Assembly (NCBI GenBank): GCA_047495785.1
Contig: JBLDXI010000018.1
Location: 62,001 to 126,000 of the forward strand
DNA: 64,000 nt
DNA from: Lepidodermella squamata
Taxonomy: Eukaryota > Animalia > Gastrotricha
Reading direction: 5' to 3'
A model generated the notes under the pieces. The model was not told where the DNA came from and did no database searches. It saw nothing but the letters and a program-made list of their open reading frames with translations. The position numbers and the translations under genes are program-made. Below, in pieces: positions 63,810 to 64,000 of this stretch. Position 1 is the first letter of the stretch. Each line of letters begins with the position of its first letter.

Positions 63810-64000
63810 TTAAACTGTTTTGTCCTCGTTGTTCGTTGGTATGGATTTCCGTGTCTCCCTCTTCAGAGTAGTAAATCGTGATGTTTCAAACGTTGATGCA
63901 TTCTTTCTTTTCTGAGTCTTGTGAGATCCTTTTACATAAGGATTTCGTACAGGAGGAGGGCGATATATGTTAGTGTTTCGCATAGTGCTCATTACAAGAG
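63810..64000 (-). CDS. Possible 3' end of a neighbouring gene entering from outside the window
   Basis: Frame is open to the window edge and ends ...NNEDKTV*; no recognisable domain. Confidence 0.3.
   Translation of the reverse strand, partial: LVMSTMRNTNIYRPPPVRNPYVKGSHKTQKRKNASTFETSRFTTLKRETRKSIPTNNEDKTV

Noticed and set aside
1-64000. Prokaryotic systems (CRISPR arrays, defence operons, rRNA/tRNA)
   Set aside because: Genes are spliceosomal-intron-containing animal genes. No repeat-spacer array or structural RNA was recognised; the tandem repeats lack unique equal-length spacers.

Overview
This is eukaryotic DNA from an invertebrate animal with many short introns (~45-60 nt, mostly GT-AG), so most ORF-track entries are single exons or antisense shadows; gene models below were spliced by hand. 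The organism cannot be identified from the window. There are four blocks. (1) 0.4-21.4 kb: an interleaved, repeatedly duplicated array of three very divergent Cys-loop (pentameric ligand-gated) channel genes (one a pseudogene) and three secreted Cys-rich repeat proteins (dermatopontin/amebocyte-aggregation-factor-like), plus a lectin relic and MITEs. (2) 21.9-46.5 kb: three tandem paralogues of a type-I membrane protein family whose conserved ectodomain I cannot assign, with long AT-rich spacers and a nested antisense gene. (3) 49.2-52.4 kb: a ~1002-aa receptor-like protein (two repeated domains, mucin stalk, TSP1, furin site, TM). (4) 53.0-63.8 kb: eight Ly6/uPAR(three-finger)-like genes; seven form a tightly packed co-oriented run with a catalytically dead trypsin homologue and an intronless sulfurtransferase, resembling a eukaryotic operon. 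No rRNA, tRNA or CRISPR was seen. Family assignments rest on motif recognition only; no database search was run.
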